Below, piece by piece: positions 27,960 through 36,652 of a stretch of 63,676 bases of DNA. The DNA is from Candidatus Kaiserbacteria bacterium GW2011_GWA2_52_12 (lineage in GTDB: Bacteria; Patescibacteriota; Minisyncoccia; Phycocordibacterales; UBA2100): assembly GCA_001004345.1 (NCBI GenBank), contig LCQW01000001.1, positions 1 through 63,676 of the forward strand. The letters run 5' to 3'. How positions within the stretch are numbered: the stretch's first letter is position 1; each line of letters begins with the position of its first letter. Position numbers and translations under genes: made by a program. The notes under the pieces were generated by a model that worked only from the letters and a program-made list of their open reading frames with translations, made no database searches and was not told where the DNA came from.

Positions 27960-28145
27960 ATGGCCAAGAAATCAATGATCATAAAGGCGAATCGAAAGCC
28001 GAAATTCTCGAGCCGCACCGTGCGGCGCTGCTTCAAGTGCGGCCGCCCACGCGGTTTTATGCGCGATTTCAATCTTTGCCGCATTTGTTTCCGCGAGGAG
28101 GCGCTCGAGGGCAATATTCCCGGCATTAAAAAATCCTCTTGGTAA
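27960..28145 (+). CDS. rpsN: 30S ribosomal protein S14, zinc-binding type
   Basis: 61 aa; [18 protein letters not shown]. Confidence 0.97.
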   Translation: MAKKSMIIKANRKPKFSSRTVRRCFKCGRPRGFMRDFNLCRICFREEALEGNIPGIKKSSW

Positions 28146-28150
28146 TTTTT

Positions 28151-28546
28151 ATGGTAAATGATCCCGTAGCAGATCTCATAACGCGTCTCGCCAATGCCGG
28201 TGCTGTCAATAAGGCGTCGGTATCCGTTCCGTTCTCCATATTTAAAATGGCGATCGCCGAGAAACTCTGCGACGCTGGTTATGTGAAAGCGATCGAGAAG
28301 AAAGGTAAAAAGGTAAAGAAGACGCTCGACGTGACGCTCAAGTACGACGAAGCGGGAAATCACGCGATACAGGGCGTGAAGCGCGTTTCCAAACCGGGTC
28401 GCCGACTCTACAAGAGCGCGAATCATATCGTGCCCATCCGCTACGGACATGGCGCACTGCTCCTCTCGACGCCAAAAGGCATCAAAACGGATAAAGAGGC
28501 ACGCAAGGAAAAGATCGGCGGCGAGGCCTTGTTTGAAATTTGGTAG
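28151..28546 (+). CDS. rpsH: 30S ribosomal protein S8
   Basis: DPVADLITRL, SKPGRRLY, STPKGI. Confidence 0.98.
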   Translation: MVNDPVADLITRLANAGAVNKASVSVPFSIFKMAIAEKLCDAGYVKAIEKKGKKVKKTLDVTLKYDEAGNHAIQGVKRVSKPGRRLYKSANHIVPIRYGHGALLLSTPKGIKTDKEARKEKIGGEALFEIW

Positions 28547-28574
28547 TTCGATATGGCTCACTATAAATAAATAT

Positions 28575-29120
28575 ATGTCACGCACCGGCAAACATCCCAT
28601 AAAAATCCCCGCAGGCACCGAGGTGGCTGTCGTCGCCGGTGAGATCACGGTGAAAGGGAAGGGCGGCACGCTGAAACGTCACGTGCATCCGGCCGTTTTG
28701 ATCACGGTTGCAAACGGCGAGGTCCTCGTGACTCCCGCTGAGAAATCACGCCTTGCAAAAGCGCTCTGGGGCACTTACGCCGCACACATGCGCAATATGG
28801 TCGCGGGTGTCAACACGCCGTTCGTGAAGAAATTACAGGTAGAAGGTATCGGCTATCGGGTGGAATTAGCAGGAAAGCAGCTCAAATTGAACGTTGGCTA
28901 CTCACACCCTGTTCTCGTTGCTATCCCTGCTGGTGTCACTGTGGCAGTGGAGAAAAACATCATCACCGTTTCCGGTCCCGACAAAGAAGAGGTCGGAGAG
29001 TTTGCCGCATCGGTCCGCGCCATCAAAAAGCCCGAACCGTACAAAGGTAAAGGCATTCGCTACGAAGGCGAGGTCGTTCGCCTTAAACAGGGCAAGAAAG
29101 CGGCAACAGCGGCTGCATAA
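28575..29120 (+). CDS. rplF: 50S ribosomal protein L6
   Basis: MSRTGKHPI, GYSHPV, PEPYKGKGIRY. Confidence 0.98.
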   Translation: MSRTGKHPIKIPAGTEVAVVAGEITVKGKGGTLKRHVHPAVLITVANGEVLVTPAEKSRLAKALWGTYAAHMRNMVAGVNTPFVKKLQVEGIGYRVELAGKQLKLNVGYSHPVLVAIPAGVTVAVEKNIITVSGPDKEEVGEFAASVRAIKKPEPYKGKGIRYEGEVVRLKQGKKAATAAA

Positions 29121-29123
29121 TTT

Positions 29124-29246
29124 ATGAATCATAAAATTAGCACATTTCATCGTTGCGGAGCCTCTGCGTCGTTCTCGTCGTACGTTCAGTACGACTCGAA
29201 CGCCGCATTCTCCGCGCCTCGAACTGCGCGTAATTTTGTGATTCAT
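29124..29246. repeat. 123-nt imperfect inverted-repeat element between rplF and rplR
   Basis: ATGAATCATAAAATTA...TAATTTTGTGATTCAT ends; inner GCGGAG/CTCCGC and GTCGTAC/GTACGAC stems. Confidence 0.75.
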
Positions 29247-29258
29247 TCCATCTAAAAT

Positions 29259-29606
29259 ATGGCAACGATTTCACGACACAATAAGCGAGAGAGCAGGCAC
29301 AAGCGGGTGCGCGCGAAGGTCGTCGGTACGAAAGCGCGTCCGCGTCTTTCGATCTACAAATCCAACACTCGCGTGATCGCGCAGCTTATTGATGATGCGG
29401 AAGGAAAGACGCTGCTCGCAGTCTCGTCGCAAGGTGAAAAGGGGAAGACGCCGCTCGAGCGTGCAGAGAAAGCCGCAGCGACGCTCGCTTTGCTTGCGAG
29501 CGCGAAAGGGCTGAAGGCGGTCGTTTTTGATCGCGGCGGATTTCAGTACGTGGGCACAGTCAAAGCATTTGCCGAATCAGCGCGCGCTGCCGGTTTGGAA
29601 TTTTAA
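29259..29606 (+). CDS. rplR: 50S ribosomal protein L18
   Basis: RPRLSIYKSN, VFDRGGFQYVG, ARAAGLEF. Confidence 0.98.
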   Translation: MATISRHNKRESRHKRVRAKVVGTKARPRLSIYKSNTRVIAQLIDDAEGKTLLAVSSQGEKGKTPLERAEKAAATLALLASAKGLKAVVFDRGGFQYVGTVKAFAESARAAGLEF

Positions 29607-29622
29607 ATCAGATATTGATTAT

Positions 29623-30273
29623 ATGTCCGAAGAACAAAAAACAGTGGAACAAGAAGACGTGGTAGTGCCCGCCGAAATATCGGTGGATGTGCCGATCGTT
29701 GCAGACGAAGCGGGGCCGCGTGTTTCGGAGCGCAAGCCATTTGGCGGAGCGTCTCGACGAGGTGATCGCGGCGGATCGCGCGACAGGCGGGGCGGTCCGG
29801 GCGGCGGTCGGCCGCGCCGCGGAGGTGATCAGGGTGAGCGTCGCAGTGAGTTTGCACAAAAATTGATCGGCATTCGCCGCGTGGCGCGCGTTATGGCAGG
29901 CGGTCGTCGTTTCAACTTTTCCGCAGGGATCGTCATCGGCGACAAAAAGGGCCGCGTCGGTGTAGGCTTGGGGAAGGCCGCTGATACGCAGCTTGCTATC
30001 GAAAAAGCGACGCGCAGTGCAAAGCGCTCTATGATCAATCTCAATCTCACCAAGAACCGTTCCATTTCGCGCAATGTCGAATCCAAGTACTGCGCGTCAA
30101 TCGTGCAGATACGCCCATCGCCGGGTCGCGGATTAGTCGCCGGTTCTTCGGTGCGCACCGTCCTCGAGCTCGCTGGTGTCTCAGACGTGACCGCAAAATT
30201 GCTTTCGCGCAGCAAGAATCCGCTCAACAACGCTCGCGCAGCCATCGAAGCGCTCCGTAAACTTTCAAAATAA
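29623..30273 (+). CDS. rpsE: 30S ribosomal protein S5
   Basis: RVARVMAGGRRFNFSA, VLELAGV; RG-rich N-terminus. Confidence 0.97.
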   Translation: MSEEQKTVEQEDVVVPAEISVDVPIVADEAGPRVSERKPFGGASRRGDRGGSRDRRGGPGGGRPRRGGDQGERRSEFAQKLIGIRRVARVMAGGRRFNFSAGIVIGDKKGRVGVGLGKAADTQLAIEKATRSAKRSMINLNLTKNRSISRNVESKYCASIVQIRPSPGRGLVAGSSVRTVLELAGVSDVTAKLLSRSKNPLNNARAAIEALRKLSK

Positions 30274-30274
30274 T

Positions 30275-30754
30275 ATGGCCAACCTCAACGTACTCAAACG
30301 AACAGGTAAACGGCCGTACCGTCGCGTTGGCCGCGGCCAATCGTCAACGCGCGGAAAGCAATCCGGTCGCGGCGGCAAGGGTCAGACAGCGCGCGCCGGC
30401 AACAAGCGCCGCCCCGAATTGCGCGACATCATCAAGAAGATTCCAAAACGCCGCGGATACGGAAAGAATCGCGGTCGTACGGTTGATGGCACGATACAAG
30501 ATGCCGTCGCTATCTCGGTTGAGCGTCTCGGCACCATTTTTGAGAGCGGCGCGGAGGTGACCAGACACTCATTCATTGAGCGCGGTTTGGTGCATGCGCG
30601 CAAAGGCCAGGTCGTAAAGATCGTCGGCCCTTCGACGAAGCTCGGGGCAAGCGGCCTTACCAAAAAACTCGTCATCAAGGGCGTCGCCACTACAGCTACT
30701 GCGCGCGCAGCCATCGAAAAAGCTGGCGGCTCTATCGAGGCCAATTCGCGCTAA
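30275..30754 (+). CDS. rplO: 50S ribosomal protein L15
   Basis: RVGRG, GRGGKGQTARAG, AIEKAGG. Confidence 0.96.
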   Translation: MANLNVLKRTGKRPYRRVGRGQSSTRGKQSGRGGKGQTARAGNKRRPELRDIIKKIPKRRGYGKNRGRTVDGTIQDAVAISVERLGTIFESGAEVTRHSFIERGLVHARKGQVVKIVGPSTKLGASGLTKKLVIKGVATTATARAAIEKAGGSIEANSR

Positions 30755-30760
30755 ATAAAT

Positions 30761-32035
30761 ATGTGGGACGCATTCACACGTAAACTGAAGCTCATTACCG
30801 AAGACGAGACTCTGCGCACGCGCATTCTGTTCGTGCTTGCGGCGCTCGTCGTTTTCCGGTTGCTCGCAGCTATCCCCGTGCCGGGTATCAATGCCGGTCA
30901 GCTCGAAGCATTTTTGAACAACAATCAATTTCTCGGACTCCTCAACGTATTTTCGGGCGGCGGATTTTCAAATCTTTCCATCGTCATGCTCGGCGTCGGT
31001 CCGTACATTACCGCGTCGATCGTGATGCAGCTGATGACCATCCTCATTCCAAAATTGAAAGAGATCTATCAAGAAGAAGGAGATGCGGGCCGCATGCGTT
31101 TTATGCAATATTCGCGCTACCTCACCGTGCCACTCGCGCTTATCCAGGCATTCGGATTCCTACTCCTTCTTCGCCAGAACGGCATTCTCCCGACGCTCGA
31201 CCTCATGAGCATGTTCACGAGCGTCATGGTCGTCGCCGCGGGTTCGATGCTCCTCATGTGGATCGGCGAACTCATTACCGAATTCGGTGTGGGCAACGGC
31301 GTTTCGCTGCTCATTTTCGCGGGCATCGTCTCGCGTATTCCGCAGGATATCGGGCAATTCATCTTTTCGTTCGATACCGCCCAGCTTCCCGCATATCTTG
31401 CATTTGCGGCGGCCGCAGTCGTCATTATGGCTGGCGTCGTCTTTATCACCGAGGCCGAACGTCCGATTCCCGTCACGTATGCGCGCCGCGTGCGCGGCAT
31501 GAAAGTATTGGGAGGTATCTCTACATACCTGCCGCTTCGTGTCAATCAAGCTGGTGTCATGCCGATAATCTTCGCGCTCTCCATCCTTCTCTTTCCGCAA
31601 ATGGTGGCGACATTCCTTTCCAAGAGTGCGATAGCTATCGTTGCGACGCTCGCGCAGGCCGTCGTCACTGCGCTCGGCAACCAATGGGTCTACGGCATTC
31701 TCTACTTCGTGCTCGTCTTCCTTTTCACCTACTTCTATACGGCCATCACCTTTGAGCCGCATCAGGTCGCAAAAAATCTGCAGAAAAACGGTGCCTTTAT
31801 CCCCGGCGTGCGTCCCGGCCCGACGACCGCCGACTACCTCGGCAATATCATCACGCGCATCACGCTCGTGGGCGCGCTGTTCCTCGGTCTTCTCGCGATC
31901 TTGCCGCTCGTATTGCAAGGTCTCACCGGCATTACCGCAATCTCGATCGGCGGCACTGCGCTTCTCATCGTCGTGTCAGTCGTTCTCGACGTCGTGAAGA
32001 AGATTGATGCACAGACGTCAATTCGCGAGTACTAA
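30761..32035 (+). CDS. secY: Preprotein translocase SecY
   Basis: LGVGPYITASI, GVGNGVSLLIF, AGVMPIIFA, IPGVRPG, GGTALLIVV. Confidence 0.99.
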   Translation: MWDAFTRKLKLITEDETLRTRILFVLAALVVFRLLAAIPVPGINAGQLEAFLNNNQFLGLLNVFSGGGFSNLSIVMLGVGPYITASIVMQLMTILIPKLKEIYQEEGDAGRMRFMQYSRYLTVPLALIQAFGFLLLLRQNGILPTLDLMSMFTSVMVVAAGSMLLMWIGELITEFGVGNGVSLLIFAGIVSRIPQDIGQFIFSFDTAQLPAYLAFAAAAVVIMAGVVFITEAERPIPVTYARRVRGMKVLGGISTYLPLRVNQAGVMPIIFALSILLFPQMVATFLSKSAIAIVATLAQAVVTALGNQWVYGILYFVLVFLFTYFYTAITFEPHQVAKNLQKNGAFIPGVRPGPTTADYLGNIITRITLVGALFLGLLAILPLVLQGLTGITAISIGGTALLIVVSVVLDVVKKIDAQTSIREY

Positions 32036-32592
32036 TTTTCGAGCCACTTTTTGTAGGTTTCGGTGATGATCTGTACGACCTCAACAAGTGGATGCCTGGT
32101 GGTGTCGACAACCAGGTCATATTGGGATTCGTCGATGTAACTCACGCCATAAAGTTCATGGTATCGTTTACTCTCGCTTTGCACGCGCTCGAGCGTGGTG
32201 TTATACGCCTGCTCGACTGACTCAGCCGTTTCATTCACTCGTCCAACCTTTTGCATTTGTTCAAAAATTCGTTGCGAAGCCGTGTGCGGATCGATATGGA
32301 GGAAGACCTTGAACGCATCCGGGATCCAATGAAAGGCAAGACGCGAATCGATGACGATATCGCTTTTCGCGCCGGCATTGCGCACCGTATCGTCGATCAT
32401 TTTGTCGATCGAAGGATCGTTCTCGGCCGTTTTGCTCAACTCGGCCATCGTGAGCCCGCGCTCGATTGCGACTTCGCGCCAGAAATCTCCGCTCGAGAAG
32501 TGCTGATAGCCGAGCATACTCGCAACACCCTTCGCAGTACTCGATTTGCCGCTGCCGGGGAGACCCCCGATGGTGATGATATGTTTTTTCAT
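32032..32592 (-). CDS. Cytidylate kinase-like (archaeal-type) protein
   Basis: ITIGGLPGSGKSS, SSGD, DSRLA, YDLVVDT. Confidence 0.85.
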   Translation of the reverse strand: MKKHIITIGGLPGSGKSSTAKGVASMLGYQHFSSGDFWREVAIERGLTMAELSKTAENDPSIDKMIDDTVRNAGAKSDIVIDSRLAFHWIPDAFKVFLHIDPHTASQRIFEQMQKVGRVNETAESVEQAYNTTLERVQSESKRYHELYGVSYIDESQYDLVVDTTRHPLVEVVQIITETYKKWLEN

Positions 32593-32670
32593 GTAAAAAC
32601 ATAATCATATAGAAAAGTCTCATTAGAGCAAACTGATTTTGGTAATAACTCTTGAGAATGTATAATCCGA

Positions 32671-33264
32671 ATGATGCAACCGCTCACCGTTTTATTTTTC
32701 GGCTCGCAGGGCGCTGGCAAGGGGACGCAAGTGAAGCGTCTCGTGGAATTTTTGCAGGCAAAATCCGAGCACACAATTATTCACATTGACATGGGTCTCC
32801 TCCTACGCGAACTTGTGTCTGCGGGGAGTTATAGTGGAAAACTCACTGCAGAAGTGATTGAGCCGGGGCATCGGATGTCTGATTTTATGCCGATCTATCT
32901 TCAGACGAAGAAGCTCGTTGAGAATTTTACGGGAGAAGAACATATCATTGCCGACGGTCTAGCGCGTGGTGAGGACCAGACGCGTGCATTTGATGACGCG
33001 ATGAAATTTTACAAACGCGAAAATTATCACATCATCTCGATCCATCTTTCAGAAGAGTCCTCGATCAAGCGCTTGCTTTTGCGGGGGCGCAACGATGATA
33101 CGGAATCGGGAATCCGCAACCGGCTCGCGTGGATGAAAACCGACGTATTGCCGCAACTCGAATTTCTCAAAAAGCGCGGTCGGGTTGCCCACGAGATTGA
33201 CGGCGAGCCCGATGTTGAGACCATTCACAAAAACATTCTTTCAGTGCTAGGATTGGCGGGATGA
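32671..33264 (+). CDS. adk: Adenylate kinase (short, lid-less)
   Basis: GSQGAGKGTQ, RGRNDD; located between secY and map. Confidence 0.85.
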   Translation: MMQPLTVLFFGSQGAGKGTQVKRLVEFLQAKSEHTIIHIDMGLLLRELVSAGSYSGKLTAEVIEPGHRMSDFMPIYLQTKKLVENFTGEEHIIADGLARGEDQTRAFDDAMKFYKRENYHIISIHLSEESSIKRLLLRGRNDDTESGIRNRLAWMKTDVLPQLEFLKKRGRVAHEIDGEPDVETIHKNILSVLGLAG

Positions 33265-34031
33265 TAGCAAAGACAGAACAAGAAATTGCAGCACTGCGCG
33301 AAGGCGGGAGGCGCTTGGCGCGGCACGTGCGCGAGCTTTCAAAGTTCGTGAAGCCGGGTGTTACTGCTGCGGAACTGGAAAAAAAAGCAAGGGAAATGGT
33401 GCGGGCGGACGGCGATGAGCCCGCTTTTTTGGGACACAAGGATCCGCACGACAAGACAGGATATCCATCAGCGCTCTGTCTCTCGATAAACGACGTGATC
33501 GTTCATTCTCCGGCAGCGGTAAATGATGCGGTCATCAAAGACGGCGACATTGTGTGTCTCGATTTCGGTATTAAACACAAGGGTCTATATACCGACCATG
33601 CCGTGACGGTGATCGCCGGTACGCCGAAAAGTAAAGATGATGTAAAGCTCCTTCGGGGCACCAAAGAAGCGCTTGTCGTTGGAATTACGCAGGCGCTCGT
33701 TGGTAATACGACTGGCGACATCGGTGCCGCGGTCGAAGAGGTTGCAGAAAAGTATCATTTCGGATTCCCGCGCAATCTCTCCGGCCATGGCGTTGGAAAA
33801 AAAGTGCACGAAGAGCCGCATGTGCCGAATTTCGGCGACTCCGGTAAAGGGACGAAGCTTGTGGAAGGACTCGTGATAGCGATCGAACCGATGATGACGC
33901 TCGGGAAGGGGGATTTGTACGTCGACAAAGATAATTTTTCATATCGCACAAAGGACGGCTCACGCACCGCGCACTTTGAGCACACCGTTCTCATTACCAA
34001 AAACGGTCCTGAAATTTTGACGATAGAATAA
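33261..34031 (+). CDS. map: Methionine aminopeptidase type I
   Basis: DFG..D, GHGVG..HEEP, AIEPM, AHFEHT. Confidence 0.97.
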   Translation: MIAKTEQEIAALREGGRRLARHVRELSKFVKPGVTAAELEKKAREMVRADGDEPAFLGHKDPHDKTGYPSALCLSINDVIVHSPAAVNDAVIKDGDIVCLDFGIKHKGLYTDHAVTVIAGTPKSKDDVKLLRGTKEALVVGITQALVGNTTGDIGAAVEEVAEKYHFGFPRNLSGHGVGKKVHEEPHVPNFGDSGKGTKLVEGLVIAIEPMMTLGKGDLYVDKDNFSYRTKDGSRTAHFEHTVLITKNGPEILTIE

Positions 34032-34036
34032 ATACC

Positions 34037-34615
34037 ATGGAACGTATTCGTCCTGGAGAATCAATGCCTCGCTTTGATTTCTTGAACGAAAATGATGTTG
34101 TTTCTTTTGAAATTGTGCCCGAGGCCTTAGAACATCTACCAATTATTTCCGCTGAAGACAAATTATCGGGTAAGGAGCGTTTCCGGATCCTGTTAGGAAG
34201 TGCCTCGATACTCGATGCAAGTCATGCTCATTTAAAAATCAGTGGCGTTTTGGAAATGGAGCAGGGTGATGATTATCTATATGGTCTATACACAGAAGGA
34301 ATTGAGCAGGTCACATATGACCCGCAAAAAATCCGTTCATACGTTCAGAGTATACAACGTTTACCCCAATACAGATCTTTCAACCATCTCGGTGAAATTC
34401 ATACGCATCCAAAGTCACTGCTCGCGTATCCCTCGCAGGTTGACCTTGAGGGATTCGTTTCTCAGTACGAGCATAGCACTGCCGAACCACATAAACCATA
34501 TATTTTCGGCATAGCCGGGATCCATAAGAGTGGAGAAGTGGAGTGTAACTTCTATAGAATAGTTCGCGTAGGTAAGGGATATGGCTTCAAGCTGCTTGAC
34601 GGGGATGAGAGGTAA
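34037..34615 (+). CDS. JAB/MPN+ (JAMM) metalloprotease-domain protein
   Basis: GEIHTHPKSLLAYPSQVD = HxH-x7-S-x2-D. Confidence 0.75.
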   Translation: MERIRPGESMPRFDFLNENDVVSFEIVPEALEHLPIISAEDKLSGKERFRILLGSASILDASHAHLKISGVLEMEQGDDYLYGLYTEGIEQVTYDPQKIRSYVQSIQRLPQYRSFNHLGEIHTHPKSLLAYPSQVDLEGFVSQYEHSTAEPHKPYIFGIAGIHKSGEVECNFYRIVRVGKGYGFKLLDGDER

Positions 34616-34658
34616 GATAGTGATACAGTAATTTCGTTCCGTTGGCGTTCAGATTATT

Positions 34659-34692
34659 GTACTTATTATATCCGGTCGTATATAATCAGTAC
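34659..34692. repeat. 34-bp palindrome ending immediately before the ATG
   Basis: GTACTTATTATAT-CCGGTCGT-ATATAATCAGTAC; contains TATAAT. Confidence 0.8.
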
Positions 34693-35256
34693 ATGGGAAA
34701 ACTTGAGGAAGCGAGTAGAAAAAGGACAAAGAAGAACCAGCTTCAAAAAATAATTCTTCAAACGGTCAAAGTAGCCGGTCTTTTGAGCATCGCACTTGTT
34801 GCACCCAATGTAATTGGAGCGATGGCAAAATTGGGTTTGATACCGTCTCCACGGCAAGGAGATGTAGTAGAACGCACATCCGATCGGCTTGTGCGTAAAG
34901 GGCTGATGGAGTGGCGAGGCGGGAAACTTCGTCTTACTGCGAAAGGGGAACGGCAACTCATCGAGCTTGAGTTGCGCGAACTCGTGAAGCGTCCGAGACG
35001 GTGGGATCATAAGTGGCGAGTAATAATTTTCGATATTCCAGAGCGTCGTAAAGCGTTGCGGATTAAACTTCGAGAAACTCTGAAGTCGATCGGCTTCGAA
35101 CGACTACAGGATAGTGTGTGGCTGTATCCTCATGATTGCGAAGACCTCATCGCACTACTAAAAGCGGATTTTCACGTTGGAAATGATGTTATCTACATGA
35201 TTGTCGACTCTATTGAACGCGACGGAAAATTCCGTAAACACTTCAAAATATCCTAA
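34693..35256 (+). CDS. PaaX-like / Cas2-like domain protein
   Basis: wHTH (LRLTAKGE) plus WDHKWRVIIFDIPERRK..R..LK.IGF.RLQDSVW. Confidence 0.85.
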   Translation: MGKLEEASRKRTKKNQLQKIILQTVKVAGLLSIALVAPNVIGAMAKLGLIPSPRQGDVVERTSDRLVRKGLMEWRGGKLRLTAKGERQLIELELRELVKRPRRWDHKWRVIIFDIPERRKALRIKLRETLKSIGFERLQDSVWLYPHDCEDLIALLKADFHVGNDVIYMIVDSIERDGKFRKHFKIS

Positions 35257-35257
35257 T

Positions 35258-35291
35258 GTACTTATATCTATCTATAGATATATATAAGTAC
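35258..35291. repeat. 34-bp palindrome immediately after the stop codon
   Basis: GTACTTATATCTA-TCTATAGA-TATATATAAGTAC. Confidence 0.85.
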
Positions 35292-35344
35292 GTATGGACG
35301 CGTATCATTATGTTTATGAATAAACATTGTTACAATCATCCTGT

Positions 35345-36625
35345 ATGGACGTGTTGATCGTGGGTGGTGGCGGAAGAGAACATGCGCTTGCGTGGAAGCT
35401 GAAGCAGTCGCCGAGGATCGGCAAGCTCTATGTCGCACCGGGCAACGGTGGTACGGAGGCGCTGGGTTGCAAGAATGTTGCCATTAGCGTGACGGACATC
35501 AATGCGCTGGCAAAGTTTGCATCTGAAAACAACATTGGTCTGACGGTTGTCGGTCCGGAGGAGCCGCTTGCGCTCGGGATAGTCGATCTGTTCAAGGCGC
35601 GCGACCTGCGGATCTTTGGTCCTACAAAAGCGGCGGCACAGATCGAATCGTCAAAAGCATTCGGGAAGCAATTAATGAAAGAGGCGAACATTCCTACCGC
35701 CGAACATGAGGTGTGCTCCGATTTTAATCAGGCGATCTCCGTAGTGCGAAGGTACACGTTGCCGGTCGTTGTGAAGGCCGATGGGTTTGCGGGGGGGAAA
35801 GGAGTGTACATATGCAAAAATTTTGAAGAAGCCGAAGCTGCGCTCCACACACTTTTCGATGTACCGGGAGATGTGGAACACACAGTGCTCATCGAACAAT
35901 TTCTCGACGGTTCGGAGCTCTCAATCCATGCGATCACCGATGGCACATCGTTCCTCATGTTCCCGCCGTCGCAAGACCATAAGCGCGCGCTCGATGGCGA
36001 CCTCGGCAAAAATACCGGCGGCATGGGTGCGATATGTCCCGTCCCGTGGATGCCGCAAGGCACACCGAGCTTTGTCGAGCATCGGGTGATCAGGGCCGCA
36101 TTTGATGCGATACGGAACTACGGAATATATTTTACGGGGATGTTGTATCCCGGGATCTTGATGACACTCAATGGGCCAAAAGTACTCGAGTTCAATGCGC
36201 GCTTCGGCGACCCCGAGTGCCAAGTGTATATGCGCCTTATGAAAACCGACCTCCTTGATCTCTTGGAAGCATGTGTCGACGGGAGCATCGCGGATAGGCG
36301 GATCGACTGGAAATATGGATATGCCATTAGTGTCGTGCTTGCATCCCTGGGCTACCCCGATGCGTACAAAACGGGATTCAAGATCGAGGGTATTCGTGAG
36401 GCGGAGATCATTACCGAAGTCGTCGTATTTCACGGAAGCACGATCAACGACGGCGAACTCAAGACGACGGGTGGACGCGTGCTCTCGGTAACTGCAGTCG
36501 GGCCGACGCTCAAAGACGCCATCGATCGCGCCTATGAGGCGGTGGGAAAGATAACCTTCGAGGGTATGCAGTATCGCCGCGATATCGGCGGAACGGCACT
36601 CAAATACGACACGACGCGGTCATAG
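35345..36625 (+). CDS. purD: Phosphoribosylamine--glycine ligase
   Basis: GGGGREHALAW, QDHKR, NTGGMGA, EFNARFGDPE. Confidence 0.97.
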   Translation: MDVLIVGGGGREHALAWKLKQSPRIGKLYVAPGNGGTEALGCKNVAISVTDINALAKFASENNIGLTVVGPEEPLALGIVDLFKARDLRIFGPTKAAAQIESSKAFGKQLMKEANIPTAEHEVCSDFNQAISVVRRYTLPVVVKADGFAGGKGVYICKNFEEAEAALHTLFDVPGDVEHTVLIEQFLDGSELSIHAITDGTSFLMFPPSQDHKRALDGDLGKNTGGMGAICPVPWMPQGTPSFVEHRVIRAAFDAIRNYGIYFTGMLYPGILMTLNGPKVLEFNARFGDPECQVYMRLMKTDLLDLLEACVDGSIADRRIDWKYGYAISVVLASLGYPDAYKTGFKIEGIREAEIITEVVVFHGSTINDGELKTTGGRVLSVTAVGPTLKDAIDRAYEAVGKITFEGMQYRRDIGGTALKYDTTRS

Positions 36626-36652
36626 CAAGAGAGCCAGTGGTATAATTTCTGT

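Noticed and set aside
34693..35256. CRISPR-Cas locus based on Cas2-like similarity
   Set aside because: No cas1, effector genes or array; the domain fits PaaX-like proteins.
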